64,000 nucleotides of DNA from Verrucomicrobiota bacterium (GCA_004321905.1 SCQF01000006.1:25410-89409); one strand, 5' to 3'. Counted from the stretch's first letter, positions 39,047 through 48,071 are shown. A program made the numbers and translations. Notes: generated by a model from the sequence alone, not told the origin.

Positions 39047-39100
39047 TTTTCCAAGGCTTGGAAAATCAATCGGCTATCTTTTCCAACGCTTGGAAAAACC
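39047..39100. repeat. paired palindromic element, MATE / prepilin convergent intergenic
   Basis: CTTTTCCAAGGCTTGGAAAATC, 10-bp spacer, then TCTTTTCCAACGCTTGGAAAAACC. It lies immediately before the bidirectional terminator. Confidence 0.8.
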
Positions 39101-39123
39101 GGCACAGGGGACACCGCACAACA

Positions 39124-39156
39124 CAAAAAAAGCCCCGCACGATTGCGGGGCTTTTC
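39124..39156. terminator. bidirectional intrinsic terminator
   Basis: AAAAAAAGCCCCGCacgattGCGGGGCTTTT: a 7-bp GC stem flanked by an A-run and a T-run, between the convergent MATE and prepilin genes. Confidence 0.55.
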
Positions 39157-39176
39157 AAACCTAATTTATGACGAGA

Positions 39177-39503
39177 TTAGTTCGCCGTACCATGAGTAGT
39201 GCAGGACGGCTTCTCACCCAAGGTCCATGGCCCGTTATAACTGCCGCCCCCCTTACACACCGGCGTTTCCTTGATATAGGGGCCCACCAAGTCCGAGAGT
39301 TGGGTGGGCGCAGCGTTGGAATGATCCAATGCGTACTGATCCTTCGCCCCGTCAATCAGGCGCAAGTTATTGAAGCACGAATTCTTCATGGAGTTGGAGC
39401 GCGCGTTCATGAACGACGGCACCGCGATCGCCGCGAGCAATCCGATGATCGCCACGACAATCATGATTTCTACCAGGGTGAACCCCTTTTTCTGCTTTTT
39501 CAT
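39177..39503 (-). CDS. prepilin-type N-terminal cleavage/methylation domain protein (type IV pilin / T2SS pseudopilin-like)
   Basis: MKKQKKGFTLVEIMIVVAIIGLLAAIAVP is a class III signal peptide with the G/FTLVE motif. Confidence 0.65.
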   Translation of the reverse strand: MKKQKKGFTLVEIMIVVAIIGLLAAIAVPSFMNARSNSMKNSCFNNLRLIDGAKDQYALDHSNAAPTQLSDLVGPYIKETPVCKGGGSYNGPWTLGEKPSCTTHGTAN

Positions 39504-39593
39504 TTCTTCCTCTTATTTTCTATTTAATCGGTCACCCGCATCTCAGTAACACACCGAGTCACGCCGGTAACCATTTATGGTGAAAGGTTAATA

Positions 39594-39611
39594 AGCAGAA
39601 CATATGCCAGT
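39594..39611 (-). promoter_or_regulatory. putative sigma-54 (-24/-12) promoter upstream of prepilin gene
   Basis: The minus strand reads cTGGCATatgttcTGCt, with GG and GC separated by 10 nt as in the TGGCAC-N5-TTGC consensus. It lies about 90 bp upstream of the pilin start, downstream of the NtrC-like activator gene. Confidence 0.3.
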
Positions 39612-39717
39612 CAATAAATATTCGATCTGACCACGAGAAAAAGAACTTAAAGCGTAAAAACTGCTGTTTTGGACCGTCTGAACCGCAAAACCGTCTAACT
39701 TTAGAGAATTTGAGGTT

Positions 39718-41091
39718 TCATTCCTCATCCAGAGGTATTTTGCGATAGAGCGTAGCTAGGCTGATTTTCAGGGCTTTGGCAGCTTTTTCCTTGTCGCCCC
39801 CCATCGAGCTGATGACCGAACCAAGATATTCTTGCTCTTTTTTGCGCAAAAACGATTTGAGCGATTTACCCCGGAAATCCTCAAAGGGCAGGGCGGGACC
39901 AACCGGAGTTGCGCCGTGGATTGATACATCGGCAATTTTAGCCGGCAAAACATCTTTGGTAATTTGATTGCTACCCGCGAACGTAAGCGCGTGCCGGATG
40001 GCATTTTCCAATTCACGCACATTGCCAGGCCACGGATAGGACTCCAAGATACGTTGCACATCCGGATCCAACGTGGGCAAGGGTTTATCTTTGCCCAGCT
40101 CACGCCGCAAGATGTGTTTGACCAGCGGCAAGACATCCTCCGGCCGTTCACGGAGCGGAGGAATTTGAATGGTGATTACGCTGAACCGGTAATACAAATC
40201 CTCGCGAAACCTTCCTTTCGCAATCAAATCCTCCAAACGGTCATTGGTCGCCGCCAACACACGCACATTGACCGGAATATTTTCCGTGCTGCCCACACGC
40301 CGTACTTCCTTGTCTTGTAATACACGCAGCAATTTGGCCTGAATGCTCAGCGGCATGGAGCCGATTTCGTCCAGAAAAATGGTGCCGCCGTTCGCCGCTT
40401 CAAATAACCCCTCTTTATTCACCGTGGCTCCGGTAAAAGCGCCTTTCACATGGCCAAACATTTCGGACTCCAGCAACGGCTCCGGCAGTGCGGCGCAATT
40501 GATCGGCAGGAAATTCTTGGTCTTGCGCGTACTATGCGCATGAATCGCTTTGGCCACCAATTCCTTGCCTGTTCCACTTTCCCCCAGCACCAACACCGTC
40601 GTATCGGTGGGGGCCACACGTTCAATCATTTCGCACACCTTGCGCATCCCCACGCTCTCGGCCACGATATTTTCAAACTGATAACGCCCCGCCAATTCCT
40701 CCTTCAACGCCACGTTTTCACTGAGCAGATTCTGGTATTGCAACGCCCGTTGCACCGTGATGAGCAATTCATCCACCTTGAACGGCTTGGTCACATAATC
40801 AAACGCGCCTTCCTTCATGGCTTCAACGGCCGTCTCCACCGTGCCATAGGCCGTCAACAAAATCACAGCCATGTTGGGATGCTCACGCCGCACCTGGCGC
40901 AGCAACTGCATACCATCCATCGCGCCCATGCGGATGTCGGAGATCAACAGATCAAATGACTGTTGTTGCATGAGGGCGAGGGCCGCTTCGCCGCTACGTG
41001 CGGGTGTCACTTCATGGCTTTGCGCTTTTAACAACGTCCCCAGCACGCTGAGAATACTGGGCTCATCGTCAACCACAAGAACTCGCGGCAT
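39718..41091 (-). CDS. sigma-54-dependent Fis-family response regulator (NtrC-like)
   Basis: Receiver domain (VLVVDDEPSI...DLLISDIRM), AAA+ sigma-54 interaction domain (GESGTGKE, GAFTGA, ESELFGH) and a C-terminal HTH. Confidence 0.85.
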   Translation of the reverse strand: MPRVLVVDDEPSILSVLGTLLKAQSHEVTPARSGEAALALMQQQSFDLLISDIRMGAMDGMQLLRQVRREHPNMAVILLTAYGTVETAVEAMKEGAFDYVTKPFKVDELLITVQRALQYQNLLSENVALKEELAGRYQFENIVAESVGMRKVCEMIERVAPTDTTVLVLGESGTGKELVAKAIHAHSTRKTKNFLPINCAALPEPLLESEMFGHVKGAFTGATVNKEGLFEAANGGTIFLDEIGSMPLSIQAKLLRVLQDKEVRRVGSTENIPVNVRVLAATNDRLEDLIAKGRFREDLYYRFSVITIQIPPLRERPEDVLPLVKHILRRELGKDKPLPTLDPDVQRILESYPWPGNVRELENAIRHALTFAGSNQITKDVLPAKIADVSIHGATPVGPALPFEDFRGKSLKSFLRKKEQEYLGSVISSMGGDKEKAAKALKISLATLYRKIPLDEE

Positions 41092-41183
41092 AGTTTTATC
41101 TTCCCCTTCGGTTACGTCCATCAGAACAAGAACAGGAGATTAAACCTTGTTCTCATTTTTTCAATCTTGATTTTTCTTCTGGC

Positions 41184-42221
41184 TTGACCGCCGCACGTAG
41201 CCCTTCATACTTTGCCGCCATGCATACGCCCTTGCGACACATCGGACTGCTGGCGATCCTCTTGGCGCTCTGGAGCGCCATAGCAGCGCCCGCCGCGACG
41301 CCCTACGAAGAAACAGCCACCCGCCGCCACTGGTATAATTCCTTTATCCGCCCGGCCAAGGGTAATCCGCAGGACCAACTCGTCTATGCGGAAAGTCTGC
41401 GCGCCGCCGGCAAATTGCGTGCCGCCGGAAAACAATACCGCCTGCTAACCGTTTTCTGGCCGGAGGCTGCCGAAGCCCCGCAAGCGCAACTGGCCTACGC
41501 TCGCATCCTCGATGAGCAGCGCAGGTGGCAGGATGCTTTTGATGAATACACCTATCTCGTCGAACATTACTCCGGCACCTTCCCCTACAACGACATTTTG
41601 CAGCGCCAATTTGAAATCGCCGAAACCTTGATGAATACGCCGAAAGGCAAGTTTCTATTTCTCCCTGGATTCATGTCGCCGGAACGCGCCGTGCCGCTGT
41701 TCGAAAAGATTTTGGAACATGGCCCCGAATGGGAAAAAGCGCCCGAAGTTCAGTACCTCATGGGCTTGGCCAACGAACTCAGTCAGCAATATGAGTTGGC
41801 CGTGGCCGCCTATTTGACCACGCAAGTACGCTACCCCGAAACGCCTTTCGCCGAAAAAGCGTCTTACAACCGCGCCATCTGCTTGGAACATCTCGCCCAC
41901 GAAGAGCCGAACAACGAAGCCGCACTCGACGAGGCCTGGAGCGCGGCGCATCAATTCGTCACCCGCTATCCGAATGCCGAAAAAACGCCCGCGATGCTCA
42001 CCTTGCGCGACGAGCTCCTCAATCGGCGCGCGCGCCTCGCCTATGATCGCGCCGCCTACTACGACACCATCGCACACCAGCCCAAGGCCGCGCTGATGGA
42101 ATATCAGGATTTTGTCCGTCTCTTTCCGCATTCAGACTGGACGCCGCAGGCGCAAAAACGTATAGAAGCGCTCACCCATCTTGTGGAGCCAACGAATGAA
42201 CATGCACATGCCGGCTCATAA
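41184..42221 (+). CDS. tetratricopeptide-repeat protein with signal peptide
   Basis: Signal peptide followed by multiple TPR-like helical repeats. BamD-like architecture but no lipobox Cys. Confidence 0.45.
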   Translation: MTAARSPSYFAAMHTPLRHIGLLAILLALWSAIAAPAATPYEETATRRHWYNSFIRPAKGNPQDQLVYAESLRAAGKLRAAGKQYRLLTVFWPEAAEAPQAQLAYARILDEQRRWQDAFDEYTYLVEHYSGTFPYNDILQRQFEIAETLMNTPKGKFLFLPGFMSPERAVPLFEKILEHGPEWEKAPEVQYLMGLANELSQQYELAVAAYLTTQVRYPETPFAEKASYNRAICLEHLAHEEPNNEAALDEAWSAAHQFVTRYPNAEKTPAMLTLRDELLNRRARLAYDRAAYYDTIAHQPKAALMEYQDFVRLFPHSDWTPQAQKRIEALTHLVEPTNEHAHAGS

Positions 42222-42729
42222 AGCCTTGCTCATGACGGCGAGCCTCGCGCTGGCCGCGACCCTGCTGCTACCCGGTTGCGCGGGTTATCGCCTCGGGTCC
42301 ATGTTGCCGCCGGACATCAAAACGGTGTACGTACCCGCCTTCATCAACAAAACGGCCGAACCACAAATCGAAATGGAGGCGACGCGTTCGGCGCTGGCGG
42401 AATTCCAGCGCGATGGCTCGTTGAAAATCGTCGCGGAAGAAGATGCCGACGCCACCTTGCAGGTCAAACTCACCGACTACCGTCTCACGCCACTGCAATA
42501 CGACAACTCGCGCCTGACGGCCGCCACCGAATATCGCATCACGCTCTACGCCTCCATCATGCTCACGCGCAAGAGCGACCGCAAAGTCATCGTCGAGCAC
42601 CCGCGTTGCTACGGCGAAAGCACGTTCCCCGTCATCGGCGACCTCTCTTCCTCCAAACGCGTCGGCCTGCCCAAAGCCGCGAAGGACCTCGCGCACGACA
42701 TCGTGCAAAAAGTCACCGAAGTCTGGTGA
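42208..42729 (+). CDS. LptE-like LPS-assembly lipoprotein
   Basis: Lipobox LLLPGCAGYRLG followed by ...IKTVYVPAFINKTAEPQIE..., the LptE pattern. Start likely MPAHKALLM. Confidence 0.45.
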   Translation: MPAHKALLMTASLALAATLLLPGCAGYRLGSMLPPDIKTVYVPAFINKTAEPQIEMEATRSALAEFQRDGSLKIVAEEDADATLQVKLTDYRLTPLQYDNSRLTAATEYRITLYASIMLTRKSDRKVIVEHPRCYGESTFPVIGDLSSSKRVGLPKAAKDLAHDIVQKVTEVW

Positions 42730-42740
42730 GACCGCAGAAG

Positions 42741-42793
42741 TTTTCCAAGGCTTGGAAAGGCTGATCGCTCGTTTTTCCAACCCTTGGAAAAAG
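42741..42793. repeat. paired palindromic element, LptE-like / hydG convergent intergenic
   Basis: TTTTCCAAGGCTTGGAAAGG, 10-bp spacer, then GTTTTTCCAACCCTTGGAAAAAG. Confidence 0.8.
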
Positions 42794-42797
42794 CTGT

Positions 42798-44360
42798 TCA
42801 AAAATACAAATCGCGCTCACCTTGGCAAATCCGTTCGTAGGATTTCATAAACTCGTCAAAGGCGCGCGGCATCTTCTGGCGAACTTCCTCAATTTCCTTT
42901 TTGAGGAGTGGCTCGCCGGCGGCGCGGGTCGCATCGCTGGCAAAATCGTCGAGCCATTCACGGAATGTCAAAATCGCGTTCAACTTGCAGAACTTGCCTT
43001 CCGCACCGCTACGCAGCAAATCCATGATGCAGTGGCCGGTGCGCCCGCAACGGTAGCCCGCCGTGCAAAAACTGGTGATGTTACCCATCGCCGCGAGGTC
43101 GCGAACGACCTCATCCAGCGTGCGCGTGTCGGCCAGCAAAAACTGCTGGCGGTCGCCGTGCTGTTCTTCATCCTGATAACCGCCGACGCCGATATTCGAG
43201 GACGCGTCCGTCTGCGTGCAGCCCAGCGGCAGCAGGCGCCGACGCATGCCGGGATTCTCACGACAGGTGACGATCATGCCGGCATAGGGCACGGCCAACC
43301 GCAGCACGACGACAACTTTCTCAAAATCTTCGTCGCTGACCTGCCAGCGTAACGACTCATTGAACGGCGTATTCGCCGCCGGCTCAAGCCGTGGAAAACT
43401 GACCGTATGCGGACCGATGCCGAGCGCACGCTCCAACTCCAGCGCATGCGCCACCAACCCCATGACCTCGAAGCGCCAGTCATAAAGTCCAAACAGTGCG
43501 CCGATGCCCACATCCTCAATACCCGCTTCCAACGCGCGGTGCATCGTGTAGAGCCGCCAGCGGTAGTCACTCTTGAGCGTGCCCGCCGGATGCACGGCAC
43601 GATAGGTCGCTTTATGATAGGTCTCTTGGAAAACCTGATAAGTCCCCACCCCGATCGCCGGCAGTTCGCGCAATTCCTCGGTCGGCATTGGTGCGGCGTT
43701 GATGTTGACGCGCCGAATTTGGCCGTGACCACGCCGCGCCGGCACCTTAACACCGTAGACCGCGCGAATGGACTCCTGCATATACTTCAAATCGCTGCGC
43801 GGATGTTCGCCATACACCACAATCAACCGCTTGTGGCCAATCTTACCGGCGAGCACCTCGGTCTCGGCGCGGATTTCGTCCATCGTCAACGTTCGCCGCT
43901 CCACCACGTCATTTTCGCAGCGCAGGCCACAATAGAGGCAGTTATTGACGCACGCGTTGCTCAAGTAAAGTGGCGCAAACGTGACGATGCGGTTGTCGTA
44001 TACCGTGTGCTTGATCTCCGCCGCCGCCTGCCGCATCTCGGCCCAGAGTTCCGGGTCTTTGACGGCCAACAGCGCCGCCGTTTCATCGAGGTCGAGCGAC
44101 TGGATCGCCTTGGCCTTCGCAATGATCTCACGAACTCGCGCCGCGTCTGGTTGCGCGGTCATCCGAATTTTGGAATCAATCAGCTCATCGTCAATAAAGT
44201 CGCGTCCGTTCTGCAGATACTTCTCCATCTGCTCCGGTACAATCCGGCGCTCCCGCCACTCATGAGCGCTCTGTTTCTCCACAATCGCCGTCATATTTCC
44301 GTGTCCTTCCGTGTGTTCCGTGGTTTCAAATTCAATTTTGTTGTGCACGCTCATAGGCAT
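42798..44360 (-). CDS. hydG: [FeFe]-hydrogenase maturase HydG (radical SAM tyrosine lyase)
   Basis: Radical-SAM CxxxCxxC (CVNNCLYCG) in a ThiH/HydG-like N-domain, plus a C-terminal Cys-rich extension (FCTAGYRCGRTGHC...FCK) absent from ThiH. Adjacent to hydF. The start is ambiguous (ATG at 44429, 44360 or 44294); 44360 is used here. Confidence 0.7.
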   Translation of the reverse strand: MPMSVHNKIEFETTEHTEGHGNMTAIVEKQSAHEWRERRIVPEQMEKYLQNGRDFIDDELIDSKIRMTAQPDAARVREIIAKAKAIQSLDLDETAALLAVKDPELWAEMRQAAAEIKHTVYDNRIVTFAPLYLSNACVNNCLYCGLRCENDVVERRTLTMDEIRAETEVLAGKIGHKRLIVVYGEHPRSDLKYMQESIRAVYGVKVPARRGHGQIRRVNINAAPMPTEELRELPAIGVGTYQVFQETYHKATYRAVHPAGTLKSDYRWRLYTMHRALEAGIEDVGIGALFGLYDWRFEVMGLVAHALELERALGIGPHTVSFPRLEPAANTPFNESLRWQVSDEDFEKVVVVLRLAVPYAGMIVTCRENPGMRRRLLPLGCTQTDASSNIGVGGYQDEEQHGDRQQFLLADTRTLDEVVRDLAAMGNITSFCTAGYRCGRTGHCIMDLLRSGAEGKFCKLNAILTFREWLDDFASDATRAAGEPLLKKEIEEVRQKMPRAFDEFMKSYERICQGERDLYF

Positions 44361-45582
44361 CGCGCGCCGCCGGAAACGGCGAAAGCGCCCGCTGGAGCAC
44401 GCCCTGCGTCGCCGAAATCGCCAGCCCATAGTTTGTGATCGCCACGCCCTGCGCCTGTGCGCGCTGAATGTGCGCGAGCATCTCGCGCCGCGTTAGCATG
44501 CACGAACCGCAGTGCACCACTAACTTGTAGCCGGTCAGGTCCTGCGGAAAATCGCGGCCCGCGCTCACGTCAATCTGTACGTCGAGGCCGGTGTATTGCC
44601 GCAGCCAGCGCGGAATTTTCACCCGCCCGATGTCATCCTCCAGCGCATGATGGCTGCACGACTCGGCCACGAGCACGCGGTCGCCCGCGCGTAGTCGGTC
44701 AATCATCGCCGCGCCACGCGCCAACTCCTGCAAGTCGCCCTTATAGCGCGCGAACAGGATCGAAAACGTGGTGCACTTCACATCGTTCGGTGTATCGGCG
44801 ACCATCTTCAGCACGACCTGCGAATCACAGACGACCAAATCCGGCGGGCAGTTCAGGCGACCGAGCAGCGCCGCATATTCGCGTTCCTTGACCACGAGCG
44901 CGGCGGCATCGCCATCGAGCGCGTCGCGGAGCGCCTGCACCTGTGGCAAAATCAGCCGGCCTTTTGGCGCCTGCAAATCAATCGGCACCACCATCACCAT
45001 CAGCCCACCCGGCGGCAACAGATCGGCGACCAGCGCCGGCGGATTCACATAATCATCCGGGCACGCCTTGAGCAGCAGTTCCTTGAACCGACAGACCACG
45101 CGCTCGCGCCGCGCCGCATCCAGACACGAACATTCCAGCCAGCCGGCGCACTTTTCCAAGGCCTGGAAAAAGGCCGGGACCGGTTTTCCAAGGCTTGGAA
45201 GATCGGTTTTGTTCACCACGACGATCACCGGCTGTTTGCGCTGCGCAGCCGCGGCCACGACGCGCTCCTCGAACTCGCCCCACTGGCCCGGCTCGGTCAG
45301 CAGCGCGACAATATCGGCGCGGTCGAGTGCGGCGGCCGTTTTTTGCAGGCGGCGTTCGGCCAATTCAGATTGGTCGTCAAGTCCAGCGGTGTCGAGGAAC
45401 GTCACCGGCCCGATAGGCAACAGCTCCATCGCTTTCTCGACTACATCGGTCGTCGTGCCCGGTACCGGCGAGGTCACCGCGACATCCTGCCCGGCAACGT
45501 AATTCAGGAAGCTGGACTTCCCGACGTTCGTCCGCCCGACGAGGCCAATTTGCAACCGCAAAGCTTTAGGCGTCGTCAGCAT
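44332..45582 (-). CDS. hydF: [FeFe]-hydrogenase maturation GTPase HydF
   Basis: N-terminal GTPase (GRTNVGKSSFLNYV, DTAGL, NKTD) and a C-terminal FeS-binding signature CxH...HCxxC (ESCSHH ... VVHCGSCML). An in-frame paired palindromic element at 45151-45204 encodes PSLGKPVPAFFQALEK. Confidence 0.8.
   Translation of the reverse strand: MLTTPKALRLQIGLVGRTNVGKSSFLNYVAGQDVAVTSPVPGTTTDVVEKAMELLPIGPVTFLDTAGLDDQSELAERRLQKTAAALDRADIVALLTEPGQWGEFEERVVAAAAQRKQPVIVVVNKTDLPSLGKPVPAFFQALEKCAGWLECSCLDAARRERVVCRFKELLLKACPDDYVNPPALVADLLPPGGLMVMVVPIDLQAPKGRLILPQVQALRDALDGDAAALVVKEREYAALLGRLNCPPDLVVCDSQVVLKMVADTPNDVKCTTFSILFARYKGDLQELARGAAMIDRLRAGDRVLVAESCSHHALEDDIGRVKIPRWLRQYTGLDVQIDVSAGRDFPQDLTGYKLVVHCGSCMLTRREMLAHIQRAQAQGVAITNYGLAISATQGVLQRALSPFPAARDAYERAQQN
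45151..45204. repeat. paired palindromic element inside hydF CDS
   Basis: CTTTTCCAAGGCCTGGAAAAAGG, 9-bp spacer, then GTTTTCCAAGGCTTGGAAGATC. In frame, where it encodes PSLGKPVPAFFQALEK between the GTPase and FeS domains. Confidence 0.8.
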
Positions 45583-46964
45583 CTTTCTTTTTCCCGATAG
45601 CCCAGCGCCGTCAGATTTTCCGGCGAGAGCGTCTGCTCCACAATGGCGCGGCCCAATTTCCCGATCAAAAATGCTCGCAAGTCGTTCCCACCGTCAGCAT
45701 TGAATTCGCCGAACCACCGCTGCGCCTGCTCGTAGCCGATGCGCGGCAGAAACGCATTGATTAACGCGCGGCTGTGATCGAGATGGCGGCGGCAGGCAGC
45801 GGCAGCGGCGGTGATGCCGGCCACATGCGACGCGAGCATTTCTGCCGCGTTCTTGAGCAACGCAATTTGATCGAGCAGCGACGCGGCCAGTAGCGGCAGG
45901 TACTCGTTGATCTGGAGTGTGCCGCTTGCGGCGACCTCGGCCACGAGTGCACCCGCGGCCCGGGCCTGCATGCCGGCCTGTACCGTGGCCTCGGCGATCA
46001 CCGGGTTGATCTTACCGGGCATGAGGCTTGAACCGGCCTGCACCGGCGGCAGGCGAATTTCGCCGAGCATGTGTAGCAGCCGCAAGTCACGCGCGATCTT
46101 GATGAAGTTCGCGGCACAGGCGTTCAGAATACCGGCAACCTCGGCAAAGCAATCGGCATTCGCGGTCGCATCCACTAGATTTTCCGCGCGCGTCAGACCG
46201 AGCCCGCTGACCTCGCGGAGTTTTTCGATGACGAGAAAGATATAACTACGCGACGCGGTCAGCCCGGTACCAAGGGCGGTGCCGCCAAGGTTGACCACGC
46301 GCAGGCGTTCCTCGGCCTTGAAGGTGCGCCAGCGGTCGCGCGCGAACGCCTCGGCGAAAGCGGAGAACTCCGCGCCCATCGTCATCGGCACCGCGTCCTG
46401 CATTTCCGTACGGCCCAATTTGACGATACCCGAAAATTCTTTTTCCTTTTTCTGAAATGCGCCCTGGAGCGTCGCCAGCGCTGCACTCAATTCACGCAGC
46501 CCGAAAATCGCTGCGACTTTGAGCGCGGTCGGATAAACGTCGTTCGTGGACTGGTGCAGATTGACATCCTCGATCGGATGCAATTTTGCGTAGTCGCCAC
46601 GCATCGCGCCCAACAGTTCCAGCGCGCGATTGGCGATGACCTCGTTGAGGTTCATGTTCGTCGAGGTGCCCGCCCCACCCTGCAAAGCGTCGAGCGGAAA
46701 TTGGTCGGCGTGCTGGCCGGCGACGATCTCGTCACACGCACGGCAGATCGCGTCACACTTTTCCAAACCTTGGAAACCGAGTTCGCGGTTGGCCAGTGCA
46801 CAGGCTTTCTTCACCTGCGCCAGCGCACGAACCAGCGCCGGCGATACCACGCGACCGCTAATCCGGAAGTTAGCCAGCGCTCGCGCGGTATGGATGCCGT
46901 AAAGCGCATCGGACGGTATGGCGAGTTCGCCCAATAAATCGTGTTCTGTGCGGAAATTAGCCAT
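45576..46964 (-). CDS. aspartate ammonia-lyase / class II fumarase family protein
   Basis: 462 aa with the GSSxMPxKxN lyase signature (GSSLMPGKINP). The N-terminus aligns with AspA. An in-frame single palindromic half-element lies at 46758-46779 (GFQGLEK). Confidence 0.8.
   Translation of the reverse strand: MANFRTEHDLLGELAIPSDALYGIHTARALANFRISGRVVSPALVRALAQVKKACALANRELGFQGLEKCDAICRACDEIVAGQHADQFPLDALQGGAGTSTNMNLNEVIANRALELLGAMRGDYAKLHPIEDVNLHQSTNDVYPTALKVAAIFGLRELSAALATLQGAFQKKEKEFSGIVKLGRTEMQDAVPMTMGAEFSAFAEAFARDRWRTFKAEERLRVVNLGGTALGTGLTASRSYIFLVIEKLREVSGLGLTRAENLVDATANADCFAEVAGILNACAANFIKIARDLRLLHMLGEIRLPPVQAGSSLMPGKINPVIAEATVQAGMQARAAGALVAEVAASGTLQINEYLPLLAASLLDQIALLKNAAEMLASHVAGITAAAAACRRHLDHSRALINAFLPRIGYEQAQRWFGEFNADGGNDLRAFLIGKLGRAIVEQTLSPENLTALGYREKERC
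46758..46779. repeat. single palindromic element inside AspA-like CDS
   Basis: CTTTTCCAAACCTTGGAAACCG. In frame, where it encodes GFQGLEK. Confidence 0.7.
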
Positions 46965-46965
46965 G

Positions 46966-47217
46966 TCATTTGCCTTTGCTCAACGCTGACTTGACCGAAA
47001 TGCCCGGCAATTTTCCGAGGCGACCAGTCAACTCGCCGACTTGGTCGGTGGTGGCGTCCACGATCAGCGTAATAACACAGCAGTGCTTGCTCTCGTAAGG
47101 AATGCCGGTGCGCGCAACGATGCAAGCGCCGAACGTCGTCAGCACTTCGTTCACCAGCGGCGCCGCACGCTGCCGATCCTCAATAATGATACCTACAAAG
47201 CCCAGTCGCTTGTCCAT
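46966..47217 (-). CDS. TM1266-like small ACT-fold protein (putative iron-only hydrogenase system regulator)
   Basis: An 84-aa product from MDKRLGFVGIIIEDRQ... In size, pattern and position next to hydG/hydF it matches the TM1266 family. The longer track ORF (139 aa) is probably over-extended. Confidence 0.45.
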   Translation of the reverse strand: MDKRLGFVGIIIEDRQRAAPLVNEVLTTFGACIVARTGIPYESKHCCVITLIVDATTDQVGELTGRLGKLPGISVKSALSKGK

Positions 47218-47384
47218 AGTCCATCTCCACAAAATAAAAACCCCACCGCCAAAAGCGATGGGGCTGCCGGAACCGCGACGGCCTTGTTCGCCCTTGGCTG
47301 CAGAGCCATCGCTCCTGACCGCAGGTCGGAAGATATGTAGCAAAATTCGCTGTGGGCGGCAATCGCCCGTAGGAACAAAGACCA

Positions 47385-48071
47385 TTAGACCAAGCTGAGC
47401 ATCAGTTGCATCAGCGCTTGTGATGCGGCCGAGCGGCCTTCATCCATACGCTCGGGATGCCACTGCACGGCGATGATCGGGGAGGCGACGCCCTCGCCTT
47501 CCACCACCGCCTCCGGGATGCCTGCGGGTGATTGGGCCGCTACGCGCAAACCACGACCAATATGCTTGGGATCGGCGGCTTGATGGTGATGGCTGTTGAC
47601 CTCCGTCACACCGCGCAGGGCTTGGCCGAGCCGCGTACGCCCAGTCCACTTGATTTTGTGAATGGCATCGCCGCTCGGCGGAGAATGAACTTCCTTGCCC
47701 CCGTTTTTCTTCAGCCAATCCGGCACGTGCTGAATGAGCTTGCCACCCATGGCCACATTCAAAAACTGGATGCCGCGGCAGATACCGAAGACCGGTCGCC
47801 CCATGGCCAGGAATTTTTCGATGAGCTTGCCTTCCAGCGCGTCGCGTTGCGGTAGGATGTCGCCGGTCTTGGCATGCGGCTTCGCGCCGTAGCACGCGGG
47901 GTCCACGTCACCACCACCGGTGAGCAGCAGTGCGCGGAAGGCGCCAAAGTGTTCCGGTAATTCGTCATCTGGCCCTACAAAAACAGGTTCAACACCATTG
48001 GCCCGCAGCCAGCGGTCATAGGTTTCCGGCACGTCATAGTCCACCAACGTTTTTGTCGCCAACCATTTCAT
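47385..48071 (-). CDS. class I glutamine amidotransferase-like (gamma-glutamyl hydrolase / peptidase C26 family)
   Basis: GICRGIQFLNVAMGG contains the catalytic Cys, and ...VQWHPE... the His/Glu. Confidence 0.65.
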   Translation of the reverse strand: MKWLATKTLVDYDVPETYDRWLRANGVEPVFVGPDDELPEHFGAFRALLLTGGGDVDPACYGAKPHAKTGDILPQRDALEGKLIEKFLAMGRPVFGICRGIQFLNVAMGGKLIQHVPDWLKKNGGKEVHSPPSGDAIHKIKWTGRTRLGQALRGVTEVNSHHHQAADPKHIGRGLRVAAQSPAGIPEAVVEGEGVASPIIAVQWHPERMDEGRSAASQALMQLMLSLV

